Below, in pieces: positions 18,089 through 26,581 of a stretch of DNA of 64,000 bases. The position numbers and the translations under genes are program-made. The DNA is from Candidatus Cloacimonadales bacterium (GTDB lineage Bacteria; Cloacimonadota; Cloacimonadia; Cloacimonadales; JAIOQZ01), in assembly GCA_963665815.1 (NCBI GenBank), contig OY762463.1:96001-160000 (forward strand), written 5' to 3'. Under the pieces are notes generated by a model that was given only the letters and a program-made list of their open reading frames with translations, was not told the origin of the DNA and ran no database searches. How positions within the stretch are numbered: position 1 is the stretch's first letter; every line of letters begins with the position of its first letter.

Positions 18089-20334
18089 AATTTTGCATCT
18101 TTCAAATCGGATATATGATATTCTTCATAAGCTTGCAAAACAGTGATGTAAGAAATTGTATAGGCTAAAATACTTTCAGCTCCTTGATTTCGATTTACTC
18201 CATAGCTTTCCAATCCATCGCAACAACCTTTTGTTTCGAAATCGTATAAAATAATTCTTAAATCGTTTTCTCCAAGAAACCACATAAATGAGGAAAATAA
18301 TTTTTCAAGATAACCCTTTTCATTGGTAAACTTATATGCCTGATGAAACATTAAGACCATTGCCATAGCATCAATTGGCTGTTGGGCAAATTTCGATACT
18401 TCTTCACCTTTTTTATACCAGTCTTCGTTTCCAATTATGGATAAATAGCCTTCGCTCATTGTAGTATCTGTTAGGAAATGCATTGTTTTCACACCAATAG
18501 TTCTAAAATCATTATCGTTTAAAACTTCTGCTGAATGTAATAATGCTAAAGGTAGAATAGCGTTGTCGTATGCTAGTAGTTCTTCAAACCAAACCCATTT
18601 TTCTGTACAATTATTTTTAAAGCCTTCTGCCAATTTTGTTGCTAATTTCTTAAGTAACTCAATCATCTCATCATCAGAAGGAGAAATGCGTAGATAATAA
18701 CTTAAACCAAGTATAATATTGGCAATACCTCGAATGGATTTTACATTATCAAAATTTGGAACAGCTTTAAAAAATATAGATTTTCCAATTTGAAAATATG
18801 AATCGGATGGAGCATTTGCAATCATATAACCAAGTGCCCAAATTGTCCTTCCAAAAGAATCTTCTGATCCTACTTCATCAAGAAAGCTGCGGTTAAAGCT
18901 CATGAAGTTCCTAAAAGTTCCATTTTCATTTTGCATATAATCTATATAACTAAGATAAATTGGACATAATTCAAGAGCTGTGTAATCTTTCTTTTGATTA
19001 AAAACCATTAAAGCCATGAGTAATGCTCTAGAATTATCATCGATACAATAGCCTTCTTTTAAAAATGGTATCCCATATTTCGCATGTTGTATAATCCCAG
19101 TATCATCTGTCATCCTTTTAATATGAGTTAGTGAAAACGTTGGAAGAAGCATCAAATTAAAAGGAGTTGCTTTCCTTTTCTCGATTACTAAATCCTCTGC
19201 AACAACATTTACCAGTAAATTGTAATATTTTTTACCAATTTTTGGCCAAGTTATTTCTCTTCCATATTTGTAAGCCTTTTTTCTTATAGCCAGTCTCTTT
19301 TGGGGGTTATCAAGTAATTCTATCAAAACCTCTGTGAGTTGGTGCACATCATTGAAATCAAACAACACTCCCTTTTCATCTTCAAGTAATTCAGATGCAT
19401 GCCAATATGGTGTAGAAACAACTGCAGAACCTACTCCTATCGCATAAGAAAGTGTTCCGCTTGTTATTTGAGCTTCATTCAAATAAGGAGTAATATAAAT
19501 ATCTGAAGCATATAAATATTTGAATAGGTCACTTTGATCTACAAACTTATCTAACATGAGAATATGTTTTTCAAGATTGAGATCTTTTATTAGACTAGAA
19601 AGGTAAATTCTATATTCTTCACCTGAGTGGCGAAGCACATTTGGGTGAGTTTTTCCTAAAATGATATACAATGTTTCAGGATGCTTTTCAACAACTTTTG
19701 GCAATGCTTTGATGGCTACTTCAATTCCTTTATTCCTACTTATAAAGCCAAAGGTAAGCAATATATTTTTCTTCTCAAGTTTAAATTCTCTTTTGGTATC
19801 TATTTGAGAATAGTCAAAATCAGGAACACCATGTTCAATACAAACTATTTTATCTTTTGGAGCTTCATAAATATTTACAAGAAGGTCAATTGCCTTCTGA
19901 CTCATTACTACTATTCTATTAGCAATCTTACAAATTTCCTTAAGTATTGATTTTTCAGTATATGAAGGTGATTTTAGAATTGTATGTAAGGTAACGATTA
20001 ATGGGATTTTAAGTCGATATAGAAGAGGGAGTATATATATTCCACTTTGTCCACCATAGATACCAAATTCATGCTCTAGTACACAGCAATCTGCCCCACA
20101 ATGATTTATATATTTTACTGCCGATAAATAATCCTTTTGCGATTCCTGTTTTATTGTCATTTTTACTTCTTCAGGATACACATAATTTTTACCAAAATCA
20201 TTCATAGCTACAACAAAATTTTCACTCATTTCTCCTTTATTCTCAGCGAACCTGACGGCGTTATAAAGGTCTCTAGTAAATGCCCCTATACCGCATTCTC
20301 GAGGAGGATAAGATCCTATATAAACATTTTTCAT
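18085..20334 (-). CDS. GT4 glycosyltransferase fused to a C-terminal alpha/alpha-barrel (glycosidase-like) domain
   Basis: YPPRECGIG, HEFGIYGG, QITSGTL, STPYWHA; C-terminal TDDTGIIQHA...GYC.DDN.RAL...QQPID...NQGAES. Confidence 0.88.
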   Translation of the reverse strand: MKNVYIGSYPPRECGIGAFTRDLYNAVRFAENKGEMSENFVVAMNDFGKNYVYPEEVKMTIKQESQKDYLSAVKYINHCGADCCVLEHEFGIYGGQSGIYILPLLYRLKIPLIVTLHTILKSPSYTEKSILKEICKIANRIVVMSQKAIDLLVNIYEAPKDKIVCIEHGVPDFDYSQIDTKREFKLEKKNILLTFGFISRNKGIEVAIKALPKVVEKHPETLYIILGKTHPNVLRHSGEEYRIYLSSLIKDLNLEKHILMLDKFVDQSDLFKYLYASDIYITPYLNEAQITSGTLSYAIGVGSAVVSTPYWHASELLEDEKGVLFDFNDVHQLTEVLIELLDNPQKRLAIRKKAYKYGREITWPKIGKKYYNLLVNVVAEDLVIEKRKATPFNLMLLPTFSLTHIKRMTDDTGIIQHAKYGIPFLKEGYCIDDNSRALLMALMVFNQKKDYTALELCPIYLSYIDYMQNENGTFRNFMSFNRSFLDEVGSEDSFGRTIWALGYMIANAPSDSYFQIGKSIFFKAVPNFDNVKSIRGIANIILGLSYYLRISPSDDEMIELLKKLATKLAEGFKNNCTEKWVWFEELLAYDNAILPLALLHSAEVLNDNDFRTIGVKTMHFLTDTTMSEGYLSIIGNEDWYKKGEEVSKFAQQPIDAMAMVLMFHQAYKFTNEKGYLEKLFSSFMWFLGENDLRIILYDFETKGCCDGLESYGVNRNQGAESILAYTISYITVLQAYEEYHISDLKDAKL

Positions 20335-20673
20335 AACTTAAAATCCACATCAAAATTATAAAACAAATGTAATCTATTTTTTACAATTACACAACTTCTA
20401 GGTATCATATTAATCTCCTCAAATCAAACAACCAAGGTTTCCAAAAAAGTAAAAAAAAGAGAGTGTACTTATCAACTAATGAAAGCAACTTTTCTATTTT
20501 TTTAACATCACTCAATAAGGTATCAAAGAACTGAAAATCATATTTTTTTAAATAACTTTTTCCATTTAAATTGTACTAAACAATATGCAACCTATAGAAG
20601 TCAAGGTTTTAAAATTCTTAGAGTTAGATTTATTTTAATGTGTTAAATGATTTGCTGCATAAATAGTGGGTGA

Positions 20674-20886
20674 TTCTCCGGACAAACAAGTAAATCCAGA
20701 ACATATTCACATACGTTTCAGCATATCAATTCGCAAATAGAAGAGCGATTAGCATCAGTAGAAACTCAATTAACTATTGCAAATATCATTGATTCATTTG
20801 CTCAAGATACAGATGCATTACAAGCTCTTGCAAATGTTCTTCATTCATCAAATACACTTGCTCAGAAGGTTGTGGAGTTAAGTTAG
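20674..20886 (+). pseudogene. 5'-truncated phage gene remnant
   Basis: 70-codon open frame with no ATG near its 5' end (FSGQTSK...LAQKVVELS*), abutting the next ATG at 20887. Confidence 0.5.
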
Positions 20887-21139
20887 ATGAAGACGATACG
20901 ACAGAATACTTTGTTTGATTTGGTTAATAAGAAAACCAAGCCAACTATCTCGACATATAAGGGATATTGCCTTTGTTAAATCAGTAATCCCAATAGTTGA
21001 TGAGAAAGAGGATTTAGGAATTTTTGATAATAATAAAATTCTGAATGAAGAAACATTTCTAATTCAACCAAATACAGGACAGATGTTTAGGAAAGACAAT
21101 AAATTATACGTTTTTAAGGAGAACAGCGATGACAGCTAA
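20887..21139 (+). pseudogene. Probable frameshifted small phage tail-region gene
   Basis: MKTIRQ...STYK joins DIAFVKSVIPIVD...LYVFKENSDDS if one G of GGG at 20961-20963 is removed. Confidence 0.45.
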
Positions 21140-21278
21140 AGAACTAATTAAAATAAGAAAACATGAACTACAACAGGATTATGATAAACTGAATAAAACT
21201 CTCAAAGAAACTGAAGAGCTGAAGCTCAAGACTGAAGGTGCTTTGTTAATATTAACCAAAATTGAAAAGGAGATATAA
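21129..21278 (+). CDS. Small coiled-coil phage protein (49 aa)
   Basis: AAGGAG RBS; MTAKELIKIRKHELQQDYDKLNKTLKETEELKLKTEGALLILTKIEKEI. Confidence 0.6.
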   Translation: MTAKELIKIRKHELQQDYDKLNKTLKETEELKLKTEGALLILTKIEKEI

Positions 21279-21279
21279 G

Positions 21280-21852
21280 ATGGCAGGAAACTGGGTAGAA
21301 GTATTAGATTCATCAAAACTTGGACAAGCAAATGGAATAGCACAATTGGATGATAAACAAGAACTTGCATCTGCACAAATTCCAACATTACCAGTGAGCA
21401 AACTATCTGGAACACTAAGTGAATCTCAAATACCGAGTTTGCCAGCAACAAAGATTACTTCTGGAACATTTTCATCTTCTAGAATTCCATCGTTAGATGC
21501 TTCGAAAATAACAACCGGAGCTCTTGGAAGTGACAGGATTCCAACCTTATCTCAAAGCAAAATCTCAGGATTATCCACTGCTCTGGCTGGTAAAGTTTCA
21601 ACGTCTATCAAAGTCAATGGACATGCTTTGACAGGCAATGTTAGCGTTACCAAAACCGATATTGGTTTGTCAAATGTGGAAAACAAATCTTCAGCAACAA
21701 TAAGAAATGAGATCACAAAAGTTAATATTACAAATACAGGAGTCAATACATCAGATTTAATCAAAGGTGTTAGAGAATTGCCAACATCAGGAACAGATGG
21801 AGAAATGGTGAAGTTCAACGATGCCTTATATGTTTGGAAGGATTCTGTATAA
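21280..21852 (+). CDS. Tail-fibre-like protein with IPSLxxSKITSGT repeats
   Basis: About four 17-18 aa repeats; KVNGHALTGNVSVTKTDIGLSNVEN; ATG at 21280 after AAGGAG. Confidence 0.75.
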   Translation: MAGNWVEVLDSSKLGQANGIAQLDDKQELASAQIPTLPVSKLSGTLSESQIPSLPATKITSGTFSSSRIPSLDASKITTGALGSDRIPTLSQSKISGLSTALAGKVSTSIKVNGHALTGNVSVTKTDIGLSNVENKSSATIRNEITKVNITNTGVNTSDLIKGVRELPTSGTDGEMVKFNDALYVWKDSV

Positions 21853-22517
21853 TGTGGCAGAAATTGGTTCAAAACAATGATATCAAGGACAACTTTTTAT
21901 TAGAATCGCAGATTTATGAATATACCCTTGGCGAGCCACTACCAGATAAACCTGACTATTCTTGTTCTGATGGTGGAATCCTTATCCGAGTACTTGTTCC
22001 TACCTTATTATATGAGTGGGAAACATCAATCAAAGAAATTGGAACACCGCTATTCCAAATTTTCAAATATGAAGCAAATTTTGATACAAGAGCCAGGCTA
22101 TATCATGAAGAATACATCAAGCATTTATCGGTTGGTAATAACAGAGTTCGAGCGAATATCTATCTTAGTCCCGGTAGATATTATCTGCGAGTATCGAAAG
22201 CTGATTTTACGATAAGCAGAACGCTATCATTTAATCCTGAAAACAAGTTCATTCAATTTAATGATTCTTGCCAGATTAAGAAGGACGAACCATATCCAAC
22301 TTGGAGAGATACTCCAACAACGGATGTATGGTTTTGTATTTTCTCTTTGAAATTTAAGATTAGAAAATCAGATTTGTATCTCGGATTTGAACACAGAATG
22401 TTTGATGACCGTCACTTGCTTTATGGAGCTTTTTATCATGCTCCTGACCCAGATGGAATTTTAAGAACATTTATCTTTGATGGCAGAGGACAAGTCGTTG
22501 AAGGAATGAAAATTTGA
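21852..22517 (+). CDS. Hypothetical phage protein, last gene of the late operon
   Basis: TAATG-coupled to the fibre gene; followed by a terminator. Confidence 0.6.
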   Translation: MWQKLVQNNDIKDNFLLESQIYEYTLGEPLPDKPDYSCSDGGILIRVLVPTLLYEWETSIKEIGTPLFQIFKYEANFDTRARLYHEEYIKHLSVGNNRVRANIYLSPGRYYLRVSKADFTISRTLSFNPENKFIQFNDSCQIKKDEPYPTWRDTPTTDVWFCIFSLKFKIRKSDLYLGFEHRMFDDRHLLYGAFYHAPDPDGILRTFIFDGRGQVVEGMKI

Positions 22518-22527
22518 GCAAAGAAAT

Positions 22528-22560
22528 AGCCCATCTCGTTTTGAAATGGGCTTTATTTTT
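22528..22560. terminator. Intrinsic terminator between convergent genes, probably bidirectional
   Basis: AGCCCAT...ATGGGCT stem with an A-rich left flank and T-rich right flank. Confidence 0.75.
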
Positions 22561-22932
22561 TTACCATTCTCGCCATTGAAATGTAATATCCTGATTGTTA
22601 TAACTACTCAAATCAATTTGAACAGCCTTTGCAATGCTGATAAAAAGTAAGCATAAATCGTCTCGTTCGCCTGTTTCAATTAAGGTTTCATCTATTTCAG
22701 CATTTAATATATTCAATTCTATTACAGCAGTCTTAAATTTTTCAACCATCTTATCTTCGTTAGCTTTGCTTCCCATTTCTATGAGTTCATCAATTAATTT
22801 AATAAATATAGCATCAACTTTCAGGAGATTCTTTTCTGTATATTGGTATAAACCAAGTGCAAAAAGATTACTCCATTTTTTTTTAAACAAACCTCTCTCT
22901 TTAATATTATTCAAAGTTCTAATATCAATCAT
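22561..22932 (-). CDS. Small helical hypothetical protein, immunity-protein-like
   Basis: AAGGAG RBS before ATG 22932; LIETGERDDLC and terminal DITFQWREW. Confidence 0.6.
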   Translation of the reverse strand: MIDIRTLNNIKERGLFKKKWSNLFALGLYQYTEKNLLKVDAIFIKLIDELIEMGSKANEDKMVEKFKTAVIELNILNAEIDETLIETGERDDLCLLFISIAKAVQIDLSSYNNQDITFQWREW

Positions 22933-23080
22933 TCTTAACTCCTTTTTATGTATCACTTTATGTCTCCAATATAGAGACTTACCATTATACAGTCAAGTAG
23001 ATAAGAATATGTTTGCGACAAAGTTTATTTATTGAATTGCAACGATTTAACTGTGGTATAAATCAATTTTTAAATACTTT

Positions 23081-23478
23081 GTGACGCAGGTTTTTCCTTA
23101 AGGAAAATACGGTGTCACTTTTTTTCGGGAAGGATTTTCTGTAATTGTATATAAAGCAATCAAATAACAAGTCGCAAAACTTGAATGGCAAAAGTGACGT
23201 CATAATTTCCTTACCGAGTGGTAAGGAAAAACCGGTGTCACAAATTTTTAGGACAGAAAAGAGGTAACTCTTTATTTTTCAACGTCTCGCCAAAAGTGAC
23301 TGCACTTTTTCCTTAATTTGGGCAAAAAATGAAGAATGGAAGAATTGCCGTCACTTGCAGTCTGATGGAATCAATAGAGTTATTTGTTTATTTTTAAATG
23401 AGTTATGAATTATGAAGAGATTTAAGATTGCAAAATTAAGGAAATTATGGTGTCACAAGTGGCAAAAACCGGTGTCAC
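23081..23478. repeat. Array of eight 20-bp motifs (best copy TAAGGAAAAACCGGTGTCAC) in both orientations
   Basis: Copies start at 23081(-), 23099(+), 23194(-), 23222(+), 23296(-), 23335(+, degenerate), 23437(+), 23459(+). Confidence 0.9.
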
Positions 23479-23503
23479 TTTATACTTTATATCTACATTA
23501 CAT

Positions 23504-23573
23504 AAAAAAATCGGCTTCACACAAGCTTCGCCGAATCAGTCTTCCTTTTTCACTTCGTTCAAAACGAAGACTG
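23504..23573 (-). terminator. Two hairpins plus U-tract downstream of tmRNA
   Basis: CAGTCTTC/GAAGACTG (23537-23573) and TCGGC/GCCGA (23511-23534), then A7 on + (U7 on -). Confidence 0.65.
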
Positions 23574-23920
23574 GTGGAGGTGGCGGGAATCGAACCCGCG
23601 TCCAAAGATATACCAGAAACTGAATCTACATGTTTAGGCATTCCAAATCTTATGCATGAACAGGAAATGCTCAAACTGAGTCATGCACCAGCCCCAAAAT
23701 CTTAGTTGCGTGCAAGAGGCAGGACACGCAAAGCAGCTCTGGAAACATCGCTCGTTGTAAAACCCAAAGCAAATTTTACAGGAGCGTAGCTACGTTATTA
23801 TGCAGCTAAAGCGTAATTTTCGTTTGCATTTAATTTAAGTATCACCGTGATTAACGGGTAGGTAATCTCCCCGACATGCATCAGCAACCAATTCTATCCC
23901 TGTCGAAACCAGTCACCCCC
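23572..23920 (-). ncRNA. ssrA: tmRNA
   Basis: 5' GGGGGTGACTGGTTTCGAC; 3' GGTTCGATTCCCGCCACCTCCACCA; tag ANENYALAA followed by two stops at 23827-23795. Confidence 0.97.
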
Positions 23921-24089
23921 ATATAACATGTTATAATGCGGTTGGTACGAAGAATTCATGCCTTAAAGTCAAATTACTGACCTTTGTATTTCGCGCAACT
24001 TATTTTTACAGCAATTTCTGCTCATGCCCTTATTATAACATAATTGATTTACAAAATAAGACATTTTTCTAAAAAAGATCTGAGGAAAA

Positions 24090-24755
24090 ATGGAAAATAT
24101 TAAGTTTAAACTTGATGAAGAAACGATCGAAATCGTACTTGAAAAGAAAAAGATAAAACGCCTTTATCTCAAGGTTAAGAAAGACGGTACAATCCTGATC
24201 AGTGCTCCCGTAAATGCGAGTATGGACTATATTATGGATTTTCTGGACTCCAGGAAAAAATGGCTGAAAGACAAGCTCCAGCATGTGTCCGGTATCAGAG
24301 ATAAAAACAGAAAGGTTTACTTTCTGGGGGAAGAGATCGATCATACCTATACATATTCTGTAGAGTATAGTATATTGTTTCGGGATAAGATTCTGATGCT
24401 TACTGGTCCGCAGTGGAACGACGAGATATTCGAACACATGAAAACTGCATGGTATAAACAGCAGGCAAGAAGGATACTCCCTGAAATAGCGAGAGAAGTA
24501 GTGATGAAATACAACTTTCCGCAAGATGTTGTGTTTAATGTCCGAAAAATGAAATCACGTCTCGGAACATGCTATTCAAACAGAAGGATGATCAATCTTA
24601 ACTCGGAGCTGATAAAGATGGAAATTCCTGTCATAGAATTTATTATCTTACATGAGCTGTGCCACCTTAAGCAACCTAACCATGGAAAGAGATTCTATAA
24701 TCTACTGACAATGTTAATGCCTGATTGGAAGAAACGTAAGAAAAGAATCTTCTGA
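24090..24755 (+). CDS. YgjP/DUF45-like zinc metalloprotease-fold protein
   Basis: VRKMKSRLGTC, HELCHL..NHGKRFY. Confidence 0.9.
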   Translation: MENIKFKLDEETIEIVLEKKKIKRLYLKVKKDGTILISAPVNASMDYIMDFLDSRKKWLKDKLQHVSGIRDKNRKVYFLGEEIDHTYTYSVEYSILFRDKILMLTGPQWNDEIFEHMKTAWYKQQARRILPEIAREVVMKYNFPQDVVFNVRKMKSRLGTCYSNRRMINLNSELIKMEIPVIEFIILHELCHLKQPNHGKRFYNLLTMLMPDWKKRKKRIF

Positions 24756-24756
24756 A

Positions 24757-25122
24757 TCAGTTTGTCAGTTCCTGAGCAATTATAAGTGAGTTGCCGTCCG
24801 GATCTCTCAATGAACATGATTTGATATTACCGGCAGTATTAATCTCCTCAATCACTGTTCCACCTGAAATTACAGCAGCCTGATAAGATTTTATAATGTT
24901 TTCTACGAAGAAACTGAGCTGAATATTATTTTCGTCAGCGGATATACCTGCAACATCCTTCGGGCATAATATTATGTTAATATCACCAATTGCCGAGCCA
25001 TAAATAAAGTCGTTGCCCAGATTATACTCTTCAAATTCTATTCCGAAAACTTTACTGTAAAAATCTATGCATTCCTCAACATTATCAATAGCTATGGTTA
25101 TTTGAAAGATTGAATTGCTCAT
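24757..25122 (-). CDS. VOC/glyoxalase family protein
   Basis: FYSKVFG and LRDPDGN. Confidence 0.85.
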   Translation of the reverse strand: MSNSIFQITIAIDNVEECIDFYSKVFGIEFEEYNLGNDFIYGSAIGDINIILCPKDVAGISADENNIQLSFFVENIIKSYQAAVISGGTVIEEINTAGNIKSCSLRDPDGNSLIIAQELTN

Positions 25123-25235
25123 ATCGACTCCTGATGTTTTATTGTAAGATTTACAATGAGTTTGTTTTTGTCAAAATATTTCTAACTTGACACAATAACT
25201 ACATACTTCTATGTAAAGACAAGATCGGAGGAAAT

Positions 25236-25646
25236 ATGAAAAGAAAAGTGCTTCTAATTTTGTTTATTGCAGCAGTACTCACTCTTACTGCTATTCCCAA
25301 GAAAGTGCTATACAACAGAATATTGAAAGAGAGAGAGCTTCAGGTTGAAGTGTTAAGAACTTCCTGCAACGAACAGAAAGTTGTTTCACTGCATAGAACT
25401 ACTGCAGATTCACTGTACAGACAAGTAAAAGTTCTCAAAGAGAAGAAAAAGGATGATGACCTCAGAAAACTTCTCGAAAAGCTTTTCATTCTTTATCGTG
25501 TAGCTCTTGCTAAACATGATTTCGAGAATAGTGAGCAGCGAATAGTCAATCAGACACAGTCACTATCAATCGCAAAGGAACAGCTTCAGTATGCTATGCA
25601 GCGTCTGCAATACCTCAGAAAGGAGATTGCAAATGAAAAGAAATAA
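25236..25646 (+). CDS. Secreted coiled-coil hypothetical protein
   Basis: Signal peptide, GGAGG RBS, overlaps the OmpA gene start. Confidence 0.7.
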   Translation: MKRKVLLILFIAAVLTLTAIPKKVLYNRILKERELQVEVLRTSCNEQKVVSLHRTTADSLYRQVKVLKEKKKDDDLRKLLEKLFILYRVALAKHDFENSEQRIVNQTQSLSIAKEQLQYAMQRLQYLRKEIANEKK

Positions 25647-26478
25647 ACTGATACTGTTACTCTTATTGATTCCTGTTCTTGTAATGGCAACCAGTTATGA
25701 AGATGAAATGCTGTCTCTTAAAACAGGTAAAGAAAGGCTGGAAAAATCTTACGAAGCCTATTTAAAATCAGGTGTAACTCGTGAGGTTGACTTATATCCT
25801 CTCGCACTTGCCAGGATTGAAACTGTAATGAGCCTGCCGCAGAGAGACTTCGGAACAATAGAGTTTCAGGACGAAATAGATGTTACATTGTATCTTATAG
25901 AAGCAGCAAATCTGCAGATGACTTCTGCCAAAAACTATAGTCTGATCATGGATTTACGTATAGAAAGTGAAGATACATATCGCCGTATAAGTAAGATCCA
26001 GAAAGAGATTAATGAACTTGAAAAAAATGTTGCCCAATTACGTGAAGAAAGACTGATGCGGGAGATGGAAGCACGTCTAAGTAAGCTCCAGAGTGAACTT
26101 ATCAGTGTTCGTTCCACTGCAAAAGGTACAATCATTTCCATGTCCGATATCCTGTTCAGCACCGGCAAGTCAGATCTGACAACTGACCTGAAAATCAGTC
26201 TGGCACGAATATCCGGTATATTGTCATTCTATTCTGACTTCAATATCATTGTGGAAGGTCACACCGACAATCACGGAAGCAAAAAACTCAACGACAAGCT
26301 CTCACTTGACAGAGCTAAAAGCGTAAAATCATTCCTTATTGATATGGGGGTCGAGAAAACTCGTCTAACAGCAAAAGGACTCGGCTTCAGTGCTCCTGTA
26401 GCATCCAATGATACGAAAGCCGGCAGAGCAAAAAACAGACGTGTTGACCTGATTATTGTAGATAAACATAACAAATAG
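25633..26478 (+). CDS. OmpA-family peptidoglycan-binding protein
   Basis: VEGHTDN.G....N..LS..RA..V...NRRV; signal peptide from ATG 25633. Confidence 0.9.
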   Translation: MKRNKLILLLLLIPVLVMATSYEDEMLSLKTGKERLEKSYEAYLKSGVTREVDLYPLALARIETVMSLPQRDFGTIEFQDEIDVTLYLIEAANLQMTSAKNYSLIMDLRIESEDTYRRISKIQKEINELEKNVAQLREERLMREMEARLSKLQSELISVRSTAKGTIISMSDILFSTGKSDLTTDLKISLARISGILSFYSDFNIIVEGHTDNHGSKKLNDKLSLDRAKSVKSFLIDMGVEKTRLTAKGLGFSAPVASNDTKAGRAKNRRVDLIIVDKHNK

Positions 26479-26504
26479 TATTTTCATTACTTATATAATA
26501 TACG

Positions 26505-26537
26505 AAAGGCTGCAGTGTAATACTGTGGTCTTTTTTT
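26505..26537 (+). terminator. Intrinsic terminator
   Basis: AGGCTGCAGTG/TACTGTGGTCT stem (with G-U pairs) followed by a T-run. Confidence 0.6.
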
Positions 26538-26581
26538 GTTTCACAGGGAGAGGAAAAGAAGCAGTTGCCAGGATAGTAGGA

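Larger units (their letters stand above)
1..23502. mobile_element. Prophage-like element, probably defective; left end outside the window, right end approximate
   Basis: Co-oriented terminase, minor head, endolysin, portal, protease-capsid, tail tube and tail-fibre genes; frameshifts and truncations; ends in a repeat array beside the tmRNA 3' end. Confidence 0.85.

Noticed and set aside
14652-20640. ATTTTAATG at 14652-14660 and 20632-20640 as a target-site duplication of the GT4/GH130 block
   Set aside because: Nine bp of nearly pure A/T in AT-rich DNA; the left copy overlaps the GH130 stop codon and neither coincides with the inferred breakpoints
21280-23080. Diversity-generating retroelement or invertible tail-fibre segment
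   Set aside because: No reverse transcriptase, invertase or template/variable repeat pair noticed in the window
23081-23478. CRISPR array
   Set aside because: Repeats are 20 bp, degenerate, in both orientations with irregular spacing; no cas genes in the window
23572-23605. tRNA gene
   Set aside because: The T-arm and acceptor end pair with a 5' end about 350 nt away and an internal tag ORF is present, so this is tmRNA
23412-23705. 97-aa ORF from the track
   Set aside because: Lies antisense across the tmRNA 3' end and the repeat array; LVEVAGIEPAS is the typical translation artefact of the T-arm
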